Positions 18,759 through 29,511 are shown, counted from the stretch's first letter. The stretch: DNA of 64,000 nucleotides from Patescibacteria group bacterium (GCA_035506195.1 DATJPV010000036.1:16100-80099); one strand, 5' to 3'. Translations and numbers: made by a program. Notes: generated by a model not told the origin, from the sequence alone.

Positions 18759-19187
18759 ATGGGTGACAGGTTTCGATCGCGCAACAAACCCCGGCGAGCC
18801 CTTACGTTGATAGAACTTATTATTGTTACTTCGATCATCGCGGTACTGGCTGCGCTGGTCGTCCCCGGGCTGCTGCGTACCCGCATGGTCAGCAACGAAG
18901 CCGTGGCCAAGGCGACGCTGCGCACGATCTCCAACGCCATTGAGATGTACATCGCCGCCAAAGGTACTTCTCCTACCGCAGAGGACCAGTTGTTGTCACC
19001 GGCTGCCAACCCTCCCTTCTTATCCCAGGCCTATGACGGCCAGACCGTCCGCGGATATGCGTATCAATACAATTTCGATAACGGCTATACCGTTACGGCG
19101 ACCCCGCAGGCCTGCAAGCGAACCGGCAGCAAAACATTTACCGTGACGAATAATCAGATAAGCGAGGCTGCGTGCGTAGAAGAGTAG
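18759..19187 (+). CDS. Type IV pilin/pseudopilin-like protein
   Basis: Basic leader, A|LTLIELIIV methylation motif, C-terminal Cys pair. Confidence 0.85.
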   Translation: MGDRFRSRNKPRRALTLIELIIVTSIIAVLAALVVPGLLRTRMVSNEAVAKATLRTISNAIEMYIAAKGTSPTAEDQLLSPAANPPFLSQAYDGQTVRGYAYQYNFDNGYTVTATPQACKRTGSKTFTVTNNQISEAACVEE

Positions 19188-19212
19188 GCGGATCCTGTAA
19201 CTAAGATAAGGC

Positions 19213-19234
19213 AAGAGGCGAATGCCTCTTTTTT
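19213..19234 (+). terminator. Rho-independent terminator after the pilin gene
   Basis: AAGAGGC-GAAT-GCCTCTT followed by a T tract. Confidence 0.65.
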
Positions 19235-19237
19235 ATT

Positions 19238-19960
19238 ATGCGGCTTTACGGTAAAAGATCGGTCAGCGAACGGTTAAAGGCAGACCCCGCAAGCATCAAA
19301 AGGCTCTATATTGAAGAGGGGCTCCAGCGCCCCGAGATCGTATCCTTAGGGCGCAAGGCAGGCATTGCGGTCGAATGCCTGCGTTCCGGTCGCTTCGCGC
19401 AGTTGGCCCAAGGCAACCAGACGCAAGGAGTGATTGCCGAGGTCACCAAGTTTGTCTACCGTGATTTTGACGAGTTGATCAGCCAAGATCCCGCATCGGT
19501 GCTCATTTTTCTTGACCGCATCAATGACCCGCATAACCTGGGGGTTATTTTGAGGAGTTGCGCCTGCTTCGGGAATTTTTCCGTGGTTTTGCCGGGGCAT
19601 GAATCGGCGCAGGTAAACGAAACGGTCCTCAAGGTTGCCTGCGGCGCGGAAAACTATGTGCCGGTCTCCCTGATCACTAATCTTTCCGTCGCCATCCAGA
19701 AGGCGCAAAAGCAGGGGTACTGGATCGCCTCGACCGTGGTGGAAGGCGGGGATAACCCCCGGCAGGCGCGGCTTAACTTTCCGCTGGGCCTGGTATTTGG
19801 TTCGGAGGGGCAGGGGGTGCGGCCGGGCCTGTTGAAGCACATCGATTACCGGCTGACGCTGCCGATGACGGGCGCGGGGCTGTCTTTCAACGTGGCGATC
19901 GCAGTAAGTATTTTTTGTTACGAGATTTCCAGCCAAAGGCAGGCAGATGAAAAAAAATAA
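19238..19960 (+). CDS. SpoU/TrmH-family RNA 2'-O-methyltransferase (RlmB-like)
   Basis: DPHNLGVILR, GSEGQG and SFNVAIA SPOUT motifs. Confidence 0.88.
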   Translation: MRLYGKRSVSERLKADPASIKRLYIEEGLQRPEIVSLGRKAGIAVECLRSGRFAQLAQGNQTQGVIAEVTKFVYRDFDELISQDPASVLIFLDRINDPHNLGVILRSCACFGNFSVVLPGHESAQVNETVLKVACGAENYVPVSLITNLSVAIQKAQKQGYWIASTVVEGGDNPRQARLNFPLGLVFGSEGQGVRPGLLKHIDYRLTLPMTGAGLSFNVAIAVSIFCYEISSQRQADEKK

Positions 19961-20537
19961 ACAAACCGCCGGCAAGATCATCGATTTCTTGGCAGAGGCC
20001 GGCCAGCTCAAGCGCGTCAAACGCAGCGGCTGGTGGGTGGTAGGGATCAAGGACCCCGAAAGCGTAGCCGACCACTGTTTCCGTTGCGCGGTGATCGGTT
20101 ACATCCTGGCGAAAATGGAAAAGGCCGACGCCTGTAAGGTGCTCCTGATGGCCCTTTTCAACGATATCCACGAAGCCCGCATCAACGATCTGCATAAACT
20201 GGGGCATCGCTATATCGACTTCAAGCAGGCGGAGAAGCGCGTCTACAAAGAACAGGTGGAGCTTCTTCCGGCGCCGGTTCGCAAAGAGTTTTCCGGCGTG
20301 CGCGATGAATACGACCGCCAGGCCTCCCGGGAGGCAAAGATCGCCCGCGACGCAGACATCCTGGAATGCATCCTGCAGGCCAAAGAGTATTGCGAATTCG
20401 GCTATCCTCAGGCAAAGACTTTTATGGCGCCGGGCCGGACGTTCCTCTATAGTCCCAGCGCCAAACTCCTGTACCGGCAGCTTCGCAACTGGGATAGCCG
20501 GAAGTGGTGGCTGCATTTGACGAAGTTCGAAAGGTAA
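19947..20537 (+). CDS. HD-domain hydrolase (YfbR/HDDC2-like)
   Basis: LKRVKRSGW, ESVADH and DADILE; HD motif appears as ND. Confidence 0.8.
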   Translation: MKKNKQTAGKIIDFLAEAGQLKRVKRSGWWVVGIKDPESVADHCFRCAVIGYILAKMEKADACKVLLMALFNDIHEARINDLHKLGHRYIDFKQAEKRVYKEQVELLPAPVRKEFSGVRDEYDRQASREAKIARDADILECILQAKEYCEFGYPQAKTFMAPGRTFLYSPSAKLLYRQLRNWDSRKWWLHLTKFER

Positions 20538-20543
20538 GCTATA

Positions 20544-21719
20544 ATGGGCCTGATGCGGATCGATTACAAAAAGGAATTAGAGACCGCGGCAAAGAGGATG
20601 ATCCTGGTGCATGACCCGGATGTCCTCATCAAGATGATCGTCAGGACCATCGTGCATAAGGTGCAGGTGACCCATGCCAGCATATTGCTGCACCGTCCGG
20701 ACGACGGCTCTTACCGTCTTACGGTTTCCCGCGGGTCCCTGGGGCTGAAGATCCCGATCGGGCTGGTGCGCGTCGAAAAAGAAAATCCCCTTATTTATTT
20801 TTTCAAACAGCGCAATGAACAGCTGCTTTTTAATGACCGCGTGATCATGTACGACCAGCTCCGCTCGCTCACCCGCCGGAAAAACACCGAACCGAAGCTG
20901 AAGGAACTGTTAGGGCAGGTGCTGCATCAGATGGAATTGTTCGATTCGGTCGTCTGCGTGCCTAGTATGTTCAGGGATGAGCTGTTCGGCATCCTGCTAT
21001 TGGGCCAAAAGAGCAACGGCAGGCTATTCTGCCGCGAGGAGCTTGACTTTTTCATTGCCCTTGCGTCGCATGTGACCATGGCCATACGCAACGCCCAGTT
21101 ATTCAAGGAGCTGGAGCGGCAGCTCGATAAGAAACACCAGCTTTTCATTCGCACCACCATCGCCTTTGCTGCGGCGATCGAGGCCAAGGATCATTATACC
21201 CACGGCCATACGACCAGGGTTACGAACCTGAGCCTGGAGCTTGCCAGAAGATTGAAGCGGCAGGACCGCCGGCTCTTTAACGATAAATTCTTGGAGGGCT
21301 TGCACGTGGCCAGCCTCTTGCACGATATCGGCAAGATCGGGATCTCCGAAGCCATCCTGAACAAGGAAGGGGTCCTTAGCGACGAGGAAAGGGCCCGTAT
21401 CAGAGAGCATCCTCTTATTGGGGTAGCTATCCTTAAGCCGATCAATGAGCTGGAGGACTCCATATTGGGCATTAAATATCACCATGAGAGGCATGACGGC
21501 TCCGGGTACCCCGAGGGCCTTAAGGGCGACGACATCCCGCTCATGGCTTCGATCATATCCGTCGCAGACTCCTTTGATGCCATGACCAGCACCAGGCCAT
21601 ACCGCCCCTGCCTTTACAAGGACCACGCCGTGGAAGAGATACGGCGTTTAAGCGGCCAGCAATTCAATCCTCTTGTCGCCGGCGCCCTGGTAGAACTCCA
21701 CCAGGAAGGCAGGCTTTAG
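20544..21719 (+). CDS. GAF + HD-GYP phosphodiesterase
   Basis: KDHYTHGH, LHDIGK, HHERHDGSGYP and RPYR. Confidence 0.9.
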   Translation: MGLMRIDYKKELETAAKRMILVHDPDVLIKMIVRTIVHKVQVTHASILLHRPDDGSYRLTVSRGSLGLKIPIGLVRVEKENPLIYFFKQRNEQLLFNDRVIMYDQLRSLTRRKNTEPKLKELLGQVLHQMELFDSVVCVPSMFRDELFGILLLGQKSNGRLFCREELDFFIALASHVTMAIRNAQLFKELERQLDKKHQLFIRTTIAFAAAIEAKDHYTHGHTTRVTNLSLELARRLKRQDRRLFNDKFLEGLHVASLLHDIGKIGISEAILNKEGVLSDEERARIREHPLIGVAILKPINELEDSILGIKYHHERHDGSGYPEGLKGDDIPLMASIISVADSFDAMTSTRPYRPCLYKDHAVEEIRRLSGQQFNPLVAGALVELHQEGRL

Positions 21720-21726
21720 CTCGCCC

Positions 21727-22854
21727 ATGTCCACCAGACGCATAATCCTGATGTACATATCCGAAGTCTCCGGCCATCACAGCGCGACCCTGGCGCTTGA
21801 GAATGCAATAAAGGCCCTGTGCCCCTCCGCGGAGATCCTGAATATCAACGCGTTCAACTATACCAATCCCATCTCCGAAAAGATCGTCAATCGTATATAT
21901 ATGGGTATTATCAAAAGGACCCCGCAGATATGGGATTACCTGTATGACAATCCGGCAGTGGCAAAACGTATCGCCAAGATTAAGGCCACGATCCATAAGT
22001 TCAATTCCGCGAAATTCAAAAAGCTTTTTGACAGGTTCCATCCCGATGTGGTAGCCTGCGCGCAGGCTTTTCCCTGCGGGATGGTGGCGGATTTTAAAAA
22101 ACTCTACCAGGCCGATATCCCCCTGGTGGCGGTGCTTACCGATTACATCCCCCATTCGTACTGGCTGTACGATACCATCGACTATTACGCGGTCCCCGCC
22201 GAGGAGATCTCCCGGAGCCTGGTTTTAAAAGGCGTGCCTCCGGAAAAAATAAAACCTTTAGGAATACCTTTTGACCACAAATTCAACGAGCCGGTTTCGC
22301 AGGAGAAGGTCTTACGTAAGCTCGGTCTTGCCCCCGATGTGCCGGCGGTCTTGATCATGGGGGGCGGGCAGGGCTTGGGGCCGATCAAAACGGTTATCCG
22401 CCGTCTCGAGTATGCAGAAGCCCAGTTCCAGCAGATCATCGTGACCGGTTCTAATAAAAAACTCTACCGTTCTCTCAAGCGGCGGATCAGGCACCACCGG
22501 AAAAAAACCCTGTTGTTCGGATACGTGCATAATGTCCATGAATTGATGTCTGTTTCCAGCCTTATCATTACCAAGCCGGGAGGGATCACTACCGCTGAGG
22601 CCATGTCCAAGGCGCTCCCTATGGTTATCATCAATCCCATACCCGGCCAGGAAGCCAGCAATACGGCTTTTTTAACTGCCCGGGGGGCAGCGGTCAAGAT
22701 CGACAACGCCAAAGATATCCATCTGGTAGTCGATGATCTATTGTTGCATCCGGAGAAACTGCAGAGCATGCGTCAAGCTGCCGGCTCGATCGGGAAACCG
22801 ACCGCCAGCCTTGATATCGCTCGGTTATTACTGGGGCTGTGTAAGAAAACATAA
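21727..22854 (+). CDS. MGDG-synthase/UgtP-like glycosyltransferase (GT28)
   Basis: SGHHSA, VLTDY, MGGGQG, TKPGG and PGQE motifs. Confidence 0.85.
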   Translation: MSTRRIILMYISEVSGHHSATLALENAIKALCPSAEILNINAFNYTNPISEKIVNRIYMGIIKRTPQIWDYLYDNPAVAKRIAKIKATIHKFNSAKFKKLFDRFHPDVVACAQAFPCGMVADFKKLYQADIPLVAVLTDYIPHSYWLYDTIDYYAVPAEEISRSLVLKGVPPEKIKPLGIPFDHKFNEPVSQEKVLRKLGLAPDVPAVLIMGGGQGLGPIKTVIRRLEYAEAQFQQIIVTGSNKKLYRSLKRRIRHHRKKTLLFGYVHNVHELMSVSSLIITKPGGITTAEAMSKALPMVIINPIPGQEASNTAFLTARGAAVKIDNAKDIHLVVDDLLLHPEKLQSMRQAAGSIGKPTASLDIARLLLGLCKKT

Positions 22855-23711
22855 TGTGGGGGTACCTGCTTTATAGAGTCGGACAATTCCTGGCGTTAGC
22901 GCTGCCGCGGCATGTGGCATACGGGGTGGCGGTATTCTTTTCCGATGTGCGGTATTTGTTTGCGGACAAAGACCGCCGGGCGGTAAGGGAGAACCTGAGC
23001 GCGATCTTTCCCGACAAGACGCCTCGTCAGATCCGCCAGATCCGCAGGCGCATGTTCAGGAATTTCGCCAAGTACCTGGTTGATTTCTTCCGTCATTCCA
23101 AGATCGACCGGGAGTATGTGTTGCGGTGCGTCAAGATCGAGAACCTGCGGTATTTCGATGAGGCCCTTGCCGGCGGTAAAGGCGTGGTGGTGCTCACCGC
23201 GCACCTGGGCAACTGGGAACTGGGAGGGGTAGTGATGGGCCTGTTGGGGTATCCGACCTGGGTGGTGGCCTTGCCGCATAAATCAAAAAAGGTCAACGAT
23301 TTCTTCAACGCGCAGCGGGAAGTCTTCGGCACCAAGGTCATTCCGCTAGGCCGGGCGGTCAGGGCCTGCCTTAATTTACTGAAAGAGAATAACATGATTG
23401 CCCTGGTGGGGGACAGGGATTTTACCGAGAGGGGGGCGGTGGTGGATTTTTTCGGCAAACCCACCATATTCCCCGAGGGGCCGGCAGCACTTTCCTTAAA
23501 GACCGGCGCCCCCATCGTTGCGGGTTTTATGGTGCGTAATCCCGACGATACGTTTACCCTGCGCCTGGAGGCACCGATGGCCTATGCAGGCTCGGGAAAC
23601 CTCAAGCAGGATATCCCGGACTTGCTCAATTGCTATAAGGCGACCATCGAACGTTACATCCGGGAATACCCCGACCAGTGGTTTATGTTCAGGAGGTTCT
23701 GGGTTTCATGA
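22854..23711 (+). CDS. Lipid A/lysophospholipid acyltransferase family protein
   Basis: AHLGNWE, DRD, FFG and PDQWF motifs. Confidence 0.88.
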   Translation: MWGYLLYRVGQFLALALPRHVAYGVAVFFSDVRYLFADKDRRAVRENLSAIFPDKTPRQIRQIRRRMFRNFAKYLVDFFRHSKIDREYVLRCVKIENLRYFDEALAGGKGVVVLTAHLGNWELGGVVMGLLGYPTWVVALPHKSKKVNDFFNAQREVFGTKVIPLGRAVRACLNLLKENNMIALVGDRDFTERGAVVDFFGKPTIFPEGPAALSLKTGAPIVAGFMVRNPDDTFTLRLEAPMAYAGSGNLKQDIPDLLNCYKATIERYIREYPDQWFMFRRFWVS

Positions 23712-24379
23712 AGACCTGTGTAGTCGTGCCGACGTACAATGAATCCGGGGCAATCGGCTCTGTGCTGGCGCAGATCAAAAAACAGGGATTGGACGTGGTC
23801 GTGGTCGATGACGGCTCGCAGGATAACACCGTCGCCATCGCCGAGCGCTGCGGTGCGGTTGTGCTGCGCAGCGACCGCAACGAAGGCAAGGGTGCATCTT
23901 TAGTCAAGGGGTTCCGTTACTGCCTGTCCAAGGATTTCGATGCGGTGATCACCATGGACGGCGACGGCCAGCATGTGCCGCAAGACATAGCGCAGTTCTT
24001 GCGTCAGGCCCGCGTTTCCGGGGCAGGTATCTTTATCGGCACCCGCATGTCGAAGACCAAGCATATGCCGCCCCTGCGTTTTTTGACCAACCGGTTCATG
24101 TCCTGGTTCATCTCGCAGGTTACCGGGCAGTACATACCGGATACCCAGTGCGGATTCCGGCTTATCCGGCGCCAGGTATTGGAGAAGTTCGTTCTGAAAA
24201 GCCGCAAATACGAAATAGAATCCGAGATGCTCATTCAAGCCGCGCGCTTGGGCGCCCAGATCGAATCCGTCCCCATAGAGACCGTCTACTCCGGGCAAAA
24301 AAGCCAGATCAACCCGTGTATCGACACCTGGAGATTTATCCGTTTTATTTTCCGGGAGCTATGGAATACGCAGCCCTGA
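23708..24379 (+). CDS. Glycosyltransferase family 2 (DPM1-like)
   Basis: PTYNE, DDGSQD, DGDGQH and DTQCGFR. Confidence 0.9.
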   Translation: MKTCVVVPTYNESGAIGSVLAQIKKQGLDVVVVDDGSQDNTVAIAERCGAVVLRSDRNEGKGASLVKGFRYCLSKDFDAVITMDGDGQHVPQDIAQFLRQARVSGAGIFIGTRMSKTKHMPPLRFLTNRFMSWFISQVTGQYIPDTQCGFRLIRRQVLEKFVLKSRKYEIESEMLIQAARLGAQIESVPIETVYSGQKSQINPCIDTWRFIRFIFRELWNTQP

Positions 24380-25008
24380 GAAAACGCATGGTCCGGGAGC
24401 AATTGCTCGCCCGGGGCATACAGGATGAGCGGGTAGAAGAGGCATTTCTGAAAGTCCCGCGGCACCTGTTTGTGCCTGAGAACAGCCGAAAAGATGCGTA
24501 TGCGGATTTTCCCGTTCCGATCGGAGAAGCTCAGACGATATCGCAGCCCTATATGGTAGCCTTGATGACCCAGCTCCTGGAGCTAAAAGGGCATGAGCGG
24601 GTTTTAGAGATCGGCACGGGTTCAGGGTATCAGGCGGCAATACTGGCAGAATTAGTAAAGCAGGTGTATAGTATCGAGCGGATCGCCGGTTTGGCGCAAA
24701 AGGCGGAGCTTCTTCTGCGCGAACTGGGCTATCGGAATATCAGCGTGGCGGCCGGCGACGGAACGCTGGGGATGCCGGAAGAGGCCCCGTTTGATGCCGT
24801 CATCATTACGGCAGCTGCCCCTCAGATCCCCGCGCCGCTGGTTGCGCAACTCAAAGATTCCGGCAGGCTGGTTGCGCCGCTGGGCCAGGAGCAGGCGAGC
24901 CAAGTATTGACCCTGTGCCGTAAGCAGGGAACGCGCCTGGAATCAAGAAGCATCTGCGGTTGCGTGTTCGTTCCCTTGCGCGGCGCATACGGGTGGAAAG
25001 ACGCCTAA
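24361..25008 (+). CDS. pcm: Protein-L-isoaspartate O-methyltransferase
   Basis: QTISQPYMVA, LEIGTGSGYQ and FVPL. Confidence 0.93.
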   Translation: MEYAALRKRMVREQLLARGIQDERVEEAFLKVPRHLFVPENSRKDAYADFPVPIGEAQTISQPYMVALMTQLLELKGHERVLEIGTGSGYQAAILAELVKQVYSIERIAGLAQKAELLLRELGYRNISVAAGDGTLGMPEEAPFDAVIITAAAPQIPAPLVAQLKDSGRLVAPLGQEQASQVLTLCRKQGTRLESRSICGCVFVPLRGAYGWKDA

Positions 25009-25010
25009 AG

Positions 25011-25514
25011 ATGATACACGTCTATACGGGTAACGGAAAAGGCAAGACCACCGCAGCCCTGGGCCTTGCATTGAGGGCCGCAGGGGCAGGGCTAAAGGTT
25101 TTTATCGCCCAGTTTGCGAAAGGCAGGTCCTGCAGCGAGCTGACCGCCCTCAAGAAGATCGGCAATATCAGCTGCGTCCAGTTTGGCGCCGCCTCTTTCA
25201 TCCGGAAGGCGCCGACGCGCCGGGATAGAGAGCTGGCCGCCAAAGGGTTTGCCTGCGTCGTTGGCCTTGTCCGCAGGCGGCAGTATGACGTCGTGATCCT
25301 GGATGAGCTTAATGTTGTAGTCCGTCTGGGCCTGATCGATCCCGGCCAGCTTGCGTGTTTCTTGCGCAGCGCACCGTCGGCCGTAGAGATCGTCTTGACG
25401 GGCCGCGGGGCCCATCCGCAGGTCTTAAAGGCCGCCGACCTGATCAGCGAAATAAAAGAGGTCAGGCATTATTATCACCGGAACGTAAAAGCCCGTAAAG
25501 GGATCGAATTTTAA
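25011..25514 (+). CDS. cobO: Cob(I)alamin adenosyltransferase
   Basis: YTGNGKGKTTAA, LDE, LTGR and GIEF. Confidence 0.9.
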   Translation: MIHVYTGNGKGKTTAALGLALRAAGAGLKVFIAQFAKGRSCSELTALKKIGNISCVQFGAASFIRKAPTRRDRELAAKGFACVVGLVRRRQYDVVILDELNVVVRLGLIDPGQLACFLRSAPSAVEIVLTGRGAHPQVLKAADLISEIKEVRHYYHRNVKARKGIEF

Positions 25515-25521
25515 GGACCGC

Positions 25522-26202
25522 ATGTTTTCCGACCGCATATTCAGGATCACTTTTTGCGTTTCTCTGGCTATCCACGCCTTTATCCTTATCAAGAACCCCA
25601 ACCTGATCTCTTTCATGTCCCACCGCAGGCCGCCAACGGTTGAAGTCAATTATCTCAAACAGGTCCCCCAGGAAAAACTGCAGGTCAGGCAGGAACAGGA
25701 CACCAGGCAGCAGCTTGCCAAGCTGCAGTCGCGGATGGGCCTTAATAAGATTCCTCCTCCGCCGTTTGCCGGCAGGGACGATCTCTTGCAGATCGACCGG
25801 GGAATGAGGCTGGATGAAGCTTCGCTTCCCAAGCCCGCATTGATCCGGCCGGACAGTGCCGCAGTGAAGAAAAAGATAACCCTGCCGCCCCTTGATGCGG
25901 ATAAGATCAGCAATCCTTCATACATCAGCTACTATCAGATCGTACGCGAGAAGATCAGGCGCTGCGCCTACCAGAATTATCTTTCCTCCGAGACCGGGGA
26001 GGTGTACCTGTCGTTCATCGTAGGCAGCGATGGCAGCCTCAGGGAGGTCCAATTAGTGGATAGTAAGTCGTCCCCGATTGAATTCCTGCGCCAGATCGCC
26101 CAAAGAAGCATCCATGAGGCAGCCCCTTTTCCGGCTTTCCCCCGGGAATTGGACTATCCGCAACTGTCCTTTAACGTCGTTATCTCCTTTGAAATAGAGT
26201 AG
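25522..26202 (+). CDS. TonB-family energy transducer
   Basis: N-terminal TM with SLAIH; TonB C-terminal domain (GEVYLSF...APFPAFP). Confidence 0.8.
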   Translation: MFSDRIFRITFCVSLAIHAFILIKNPNLISFMSHRRPPTVEVNYLKQVPQEKLQVRQEQDTRQQLAKLQSRMGLNKIPPPPFAGRDDLLQIDRGMRLDEASLPKPALIRPDSAAVKKKITLPPLDADKISNPSYISYYQIVREKIRRCAYQNYLSSETGEVYLSFIVGSDGSLREVQLVDSKSSPIEFLRQIAQRSIHEAAPFPAFPRELDYPQLSFNVVISFEIE

Positions 26203-26211
26203 TTAAAAAAA

Positions 26212-26253
26212 GAAAGCGCTTTCCTTGACAGAACCCCGTGTGTGTGCTATACT
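26212..26253 (+). promoter_or_regulatory. Sigma70 promoter with adjacent LacI-type palindrome
   Basis: GAAAGCGCTTTC (26212-26223), then TTGACA-17bp-TATACT. Confidence 0.7.
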
Positions 26254-26290
26254 TTACTAAACTTTCCCCCTAAAATAAGGAGTAAGACCT

Positions 26291-26872
26291 ATGACATTAA
26301 ACGTCCTGAAGGAGTTTAATTGGGTGGATATTTTTGTCATAATCCTTTTATTAAGAATATGTTATGTATCCTTGAAGAACGGCTTTCTTCTTGAGTTCTT
26401 CAAGTTGTTGGGAACGGTAGCGGCAATTTATTGCGCGATGCATTATTACACCCGGGTCTCCGGTTCCATCGGGGCCCTCATGAAGCTGGGCAAGAACGGA
26501 CAGCTGGCCATCTTTGATTTTCTTTCGTTCATCGTTTTGGCGCTGTTAGGTTACGCGGTATTCTGGGTTATCCGGGAATTGATCGCGCGGCTCTTCAAGG
26601 CCGAGGCGGTACCGACCCTTGCGAAATGGGGCGGGCTCGTAGTGGGGGTGGCCAGGGCATTCCTCTTTTTGAGCTTTGTTTTATTTGCCCTGTACCTTTC
26701 TCCCGTAGACTATATGCACGACAGTATCCCCGCTTCTTACAGCGGTAAAAAGATCATCCAGGTAGCGCCTAATCTGTACGTAGGTTTATGGGAGTCGGTC
26801 TTTTCCAAATTCATGACCGGCGAAAAAATGAACGAGACGGTACGCCAGGTGCAGGGTAAGGCCAGCTTATGA
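26291..26872 (+). CDS. CvpA-family membrane protein
   Basis: NWVDI...GFLLE...GGLVVGVAR pattern; several TM helices. Confidence 0.8.
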   Translation: MTLNVLKEFNWVDIFVIILLLRICYVSLKNGFLLEFFKLLGTVAAIYCAMHYYTRVSGSIGALMKLGKNGQLAIFDFLSFIVLALLGYAVFWVIRELIARLFKAEAVPTLAKWGGLVVGVARAFLFLSFVLFALYLSPVDYMHDSIPASYSGKKIIQVAPNLYVGLWESVFSKFMTGEKMNETVRQVQGKASL

Positions 26873-27738
26873 GACTGTCCCGTTTGTATGACAAAGTCGT
26901 GCGTTTCGGAAAAGACCGCGATCCGCGCAAGGGCAGCCGCATAAAGTCGTTTGAAGATACGGCCATCCTTTACGGCAGCCCCAACGCGCAGATAAAGAAG
27001 GTCCTGGTAGGCATCGATATCGAAATAGGAGAGCTCCTGCTTGCCGACCGGATCCGCCAGAAAACGGGGCTGGACCTGGTGCTTGCCCACCATCCCGAGG
27101 GAAAGGCCGCGGCAGGGCTCTGGCGGGTCATGCAGTTGCAGGTCGACCTTTTGATTAAATTGGGTCTGGGGCGCACGGTTGCCCAGGAACTCTTGGATGA
27201 GCGCAAACGGGAGATAGAGCGCAGGCTCCTGCCGCAAAACCATATGCGCTCTCCCGACGCAGCCAGGCTCCTGGATATGCCGTTTATGTGCGTGCATACC
27301 CCGGCGGATAACCATGTCGCTTCTTTCCTGCAATTACTGCTGGATAAGAAGAAGCCTCGGCGCGTAGAGGATATCATTGCGATCCTCATGGATCTGCCCG
27401 AGTATAAGACCGCAGCGGCTCAATTATCCGGGCCGCGGGTGGTCGTCGGTTCTCCCGCAAGGCCGGCAGGCAGGATATTCGTCGATATGACCGGGGGTAC
27501 CGAAGGGCCAAAGGAAGTATTCGATAAGATATACAAGACAGGCGTACGGACCCTGGTGTGCATGCACTTAAGCGAAGAGCATTTTAAAAAAGTCAAGGAT
27601 GCCGATTTGAACGTGGTGATCGCCGGCCACATTTCTTCGGACACCCTGGGTTTGAACCTCCTGTTGGACAGGATCGAGAAAGAAGAGAAATTCCAGATTT
27701 TTGAGTGTTCGGGTTTTCGGCGGTTCAGAAGAGGATAG
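26869..27738 (+). CDS. NIF3-like protein
   Basis: VLVGID, AHHPEG, HTPADN and AGHISSD. Confidence 0.8.
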   Translation: MRLSRLYDKVVRFGKDRDPRKGSRIKSFEDTAILYGSPNAQIKKVLVGIDIEIGELLLADRIRQKTGLDLVLAHHPEGKAAAGLWRVMQLQVDLLIKLGLGRTVAQELLDERKREIERRLLPQNHMRSPDAARLLDMPFMCVHTPADNHVASFLQLLLDKKKPRRVEDIIAILMDLPEYKTAAAQLSGPRVVVGSPARPAGRIFVDMTGGTEGPKEVFDKIYKTGVRTLVCMHLSEEHFKKVKDADLNVVIAGHISSDTLGLNLLLDRIEKEEKFQIFECSGFRRFRRG

Positions 27739-27741
27739 CAG

Positions 27742-29511
27742 ATGCCGGGACGCATTTCCGAATCCATTTTGGAAGAAATATTAAGCCGGGTGGATATCGT
27801 AGAGCTTATTTCAGGGTATATCCCTCTTAAACGGGCAGGCAGGAATTTTAAGGCCCTCTGTCCCTTTCACCAGGAAAAGACTTCTTCGTTCATGGTTTCT
27901 CCCGACCGGCAGATCTACCACTGCTTCGGCTGCGGGGAATCCGGAAACGCCTTTAAATTCCTTATGCGTTATGAACGCCTGGAGTTCCTCGAAGCAGTAG
28001 AGGTCTTATCGAAAAAGGCCGGGGTGGCGCTGCCTGAGCCTTCCGTCAGGGACGAAAAAGCAGCGGGCCTGGTGACGCAGTTGTACAAGATAAACGAACA
28101 GGCCGTCTCCTTCTTTGCGAATGCCCTTAATTCTTCGGAGGGTTTTGCCGCCAGGGACTATTTGGCCAAGCGCGGCATAAGCCAGGATTCGGTCAAGTTG
28201 TTTAAGCTTGGTTACGCCCCGGAGCGCTGGGATGGCCTGATTACGCATCTGCGGGCCAAAAACAACAACTTGGGCCTATTGGAAAAAGCGGGCCTGGTTT
28301 TGCCCAAAAACGGCGGAGGCTACTATGACCGTTTCCGCGGCCGCATCATCTTCCCTATTTTTGATATCAAGGGCCGGCCGCTTGGTTTCGGCGGCAGGGT
28401 ATTATCCGAGGCCAAGACAGAGAACCTGGCAAAATACGTGAATTCTCCGGAAACGCCCATTTACACCAAGGGAAGGAATCTCTTCGGACTGCACCTGTCG
28501 AAGGAAGCGATACGGCAAAAAGATTACGCGGTGATCGTCGAGGGGTATCTCGATTTCCTCATGCCGTATCAATCCGGCCTGCAGAACATCGTTGCCTCCC
28601 TGGGCACGGCCCTGACCTCGGAGCAGGTCAGGCTCTTAAAGCGTTTTACGCAGAACGTGGTCATGGTGTATGACCCGGATACCGCCGGCCAGATGGCGAC
28701 GCTGCGCACGCTCGACATTTTTATCGAAGAGGGCATGAACGTGAAGATCTGCTCTCTTCCCGAAGGCCAGGACCCGGACCTGTTCGTGCGCAAGGCCGGG
28801 ATAGAAGCGCTGGAGGTCAGGATCGCCAACGCCGAGGGGCTTTTTGATTACAAGCTGCGCTGCCTCCAGGGGCGCCACGGCACAAAAGGCGCGGAAGGAA
28901 AGGCCGATATCTGCGGCGAGATGCTTGCGACCATCAATAAATTTCAGAACGCGGTTTTAAAATCGGAATATCTCAGGAAGCTCTCGGAAGAGATGCGCGT
29001 GGAGCACGAAGTATTGTTGCAGGAATTGAAAAAAGTCAAACCGGACCGGCCGTATGCGCAGCCTTCGGCGGCCACGGCAAAAAAAGCCGACCAAATGAAT
29101 CCGACCGAAAAGCTGTTAATCAAATTGATGCTGGAGGAATCGGACCTGATCGGCCGCCTGAGGGGGGCGATAGAGCCGGCCGACTTCCAGACGGAAAGCG
29201 CCTCGAGGATCGTCTCGATCATGTTCGATATGATCGAACAGGGCAAGGCGGTCGAGCCGAACGCGCTGGTCAATTACCTGGAAGACGAGAGCATCCTGCA
29301 GTGCGTCTGCGAATCGGCATTTTTACCCGAAGTTTCCACGGAGAAAAAGGAAGAGATCGTGCATGACTGCGTGCAGCGGCTCAAAAAAGACAAGGCCCGG
29401 CTCATGCGGCAACGCCTGCATGAACAGATCACGCATGCGCAGCGATCGGGGGATGAGGAGAGGCTTCATAGGCTTATGCAGGAGTTTCATCAGTTAATCA
29501 AAACGAGGTGA
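27742..29511 (+). CDS. dnaG: DNA primase
   Basis: CPFH...CFGC zinc finger, [19 protein letters not shown] motif. Confidence 0.96.
   Translation: MPGRISESILEEILSRVDIVELISGYIPLKRAGRNFKALCPFHQEKTSSFMVSPDRQIYHCFGCGESGNAFKFLMRYERLEFLEAVEVLSKKAGVALPEPSVRDEKAAGLVTQLYKINEQAVSFFANALNSSEGFAARDYLAKRGISQDSVKLFKLGYAPERWDGLITHLRAKNNNLGLLEKAGLVLPKNGGGYYDRFRGRIIFPIFDIKGRPLGFGGRVLSEAKTENLAKYVNSPETPIYTKGRNLFGLHLSKEAIRQKDYAVIVEGYLDFLMPYQSGLQNIVASLGTALTSEQVRLLKRFTQNVVMVYDPDTAGQMATLRTLDIFIEEGMNVKICSLPEGQDPDLFVRKAGIEALEVRIANAEGLFDYKLRCLQGRHGTKGAEGKADICGEMLATINKFQNAVLKSEYLRKLSEEMRVEHEVLLQELKKVKPDRPYAQPSAATAKKADQMNPTEKLLIKLMLEESDLIGRLRGAIEPADFQTESASRIVSIMFDMIEQGKAVEPNALVNYLEDESILQCVCESAFLPEVSTEKKEEIVHDCVQRLKKDKARLMRQRLHEQITHAQRSGDEERLHRLMQEFHQLIKTR

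Noticed and set aside
24960-25522. Cobalamin riboswitch near cobO/tonB
   Set aside because: No intergenic room and no B12-box motif
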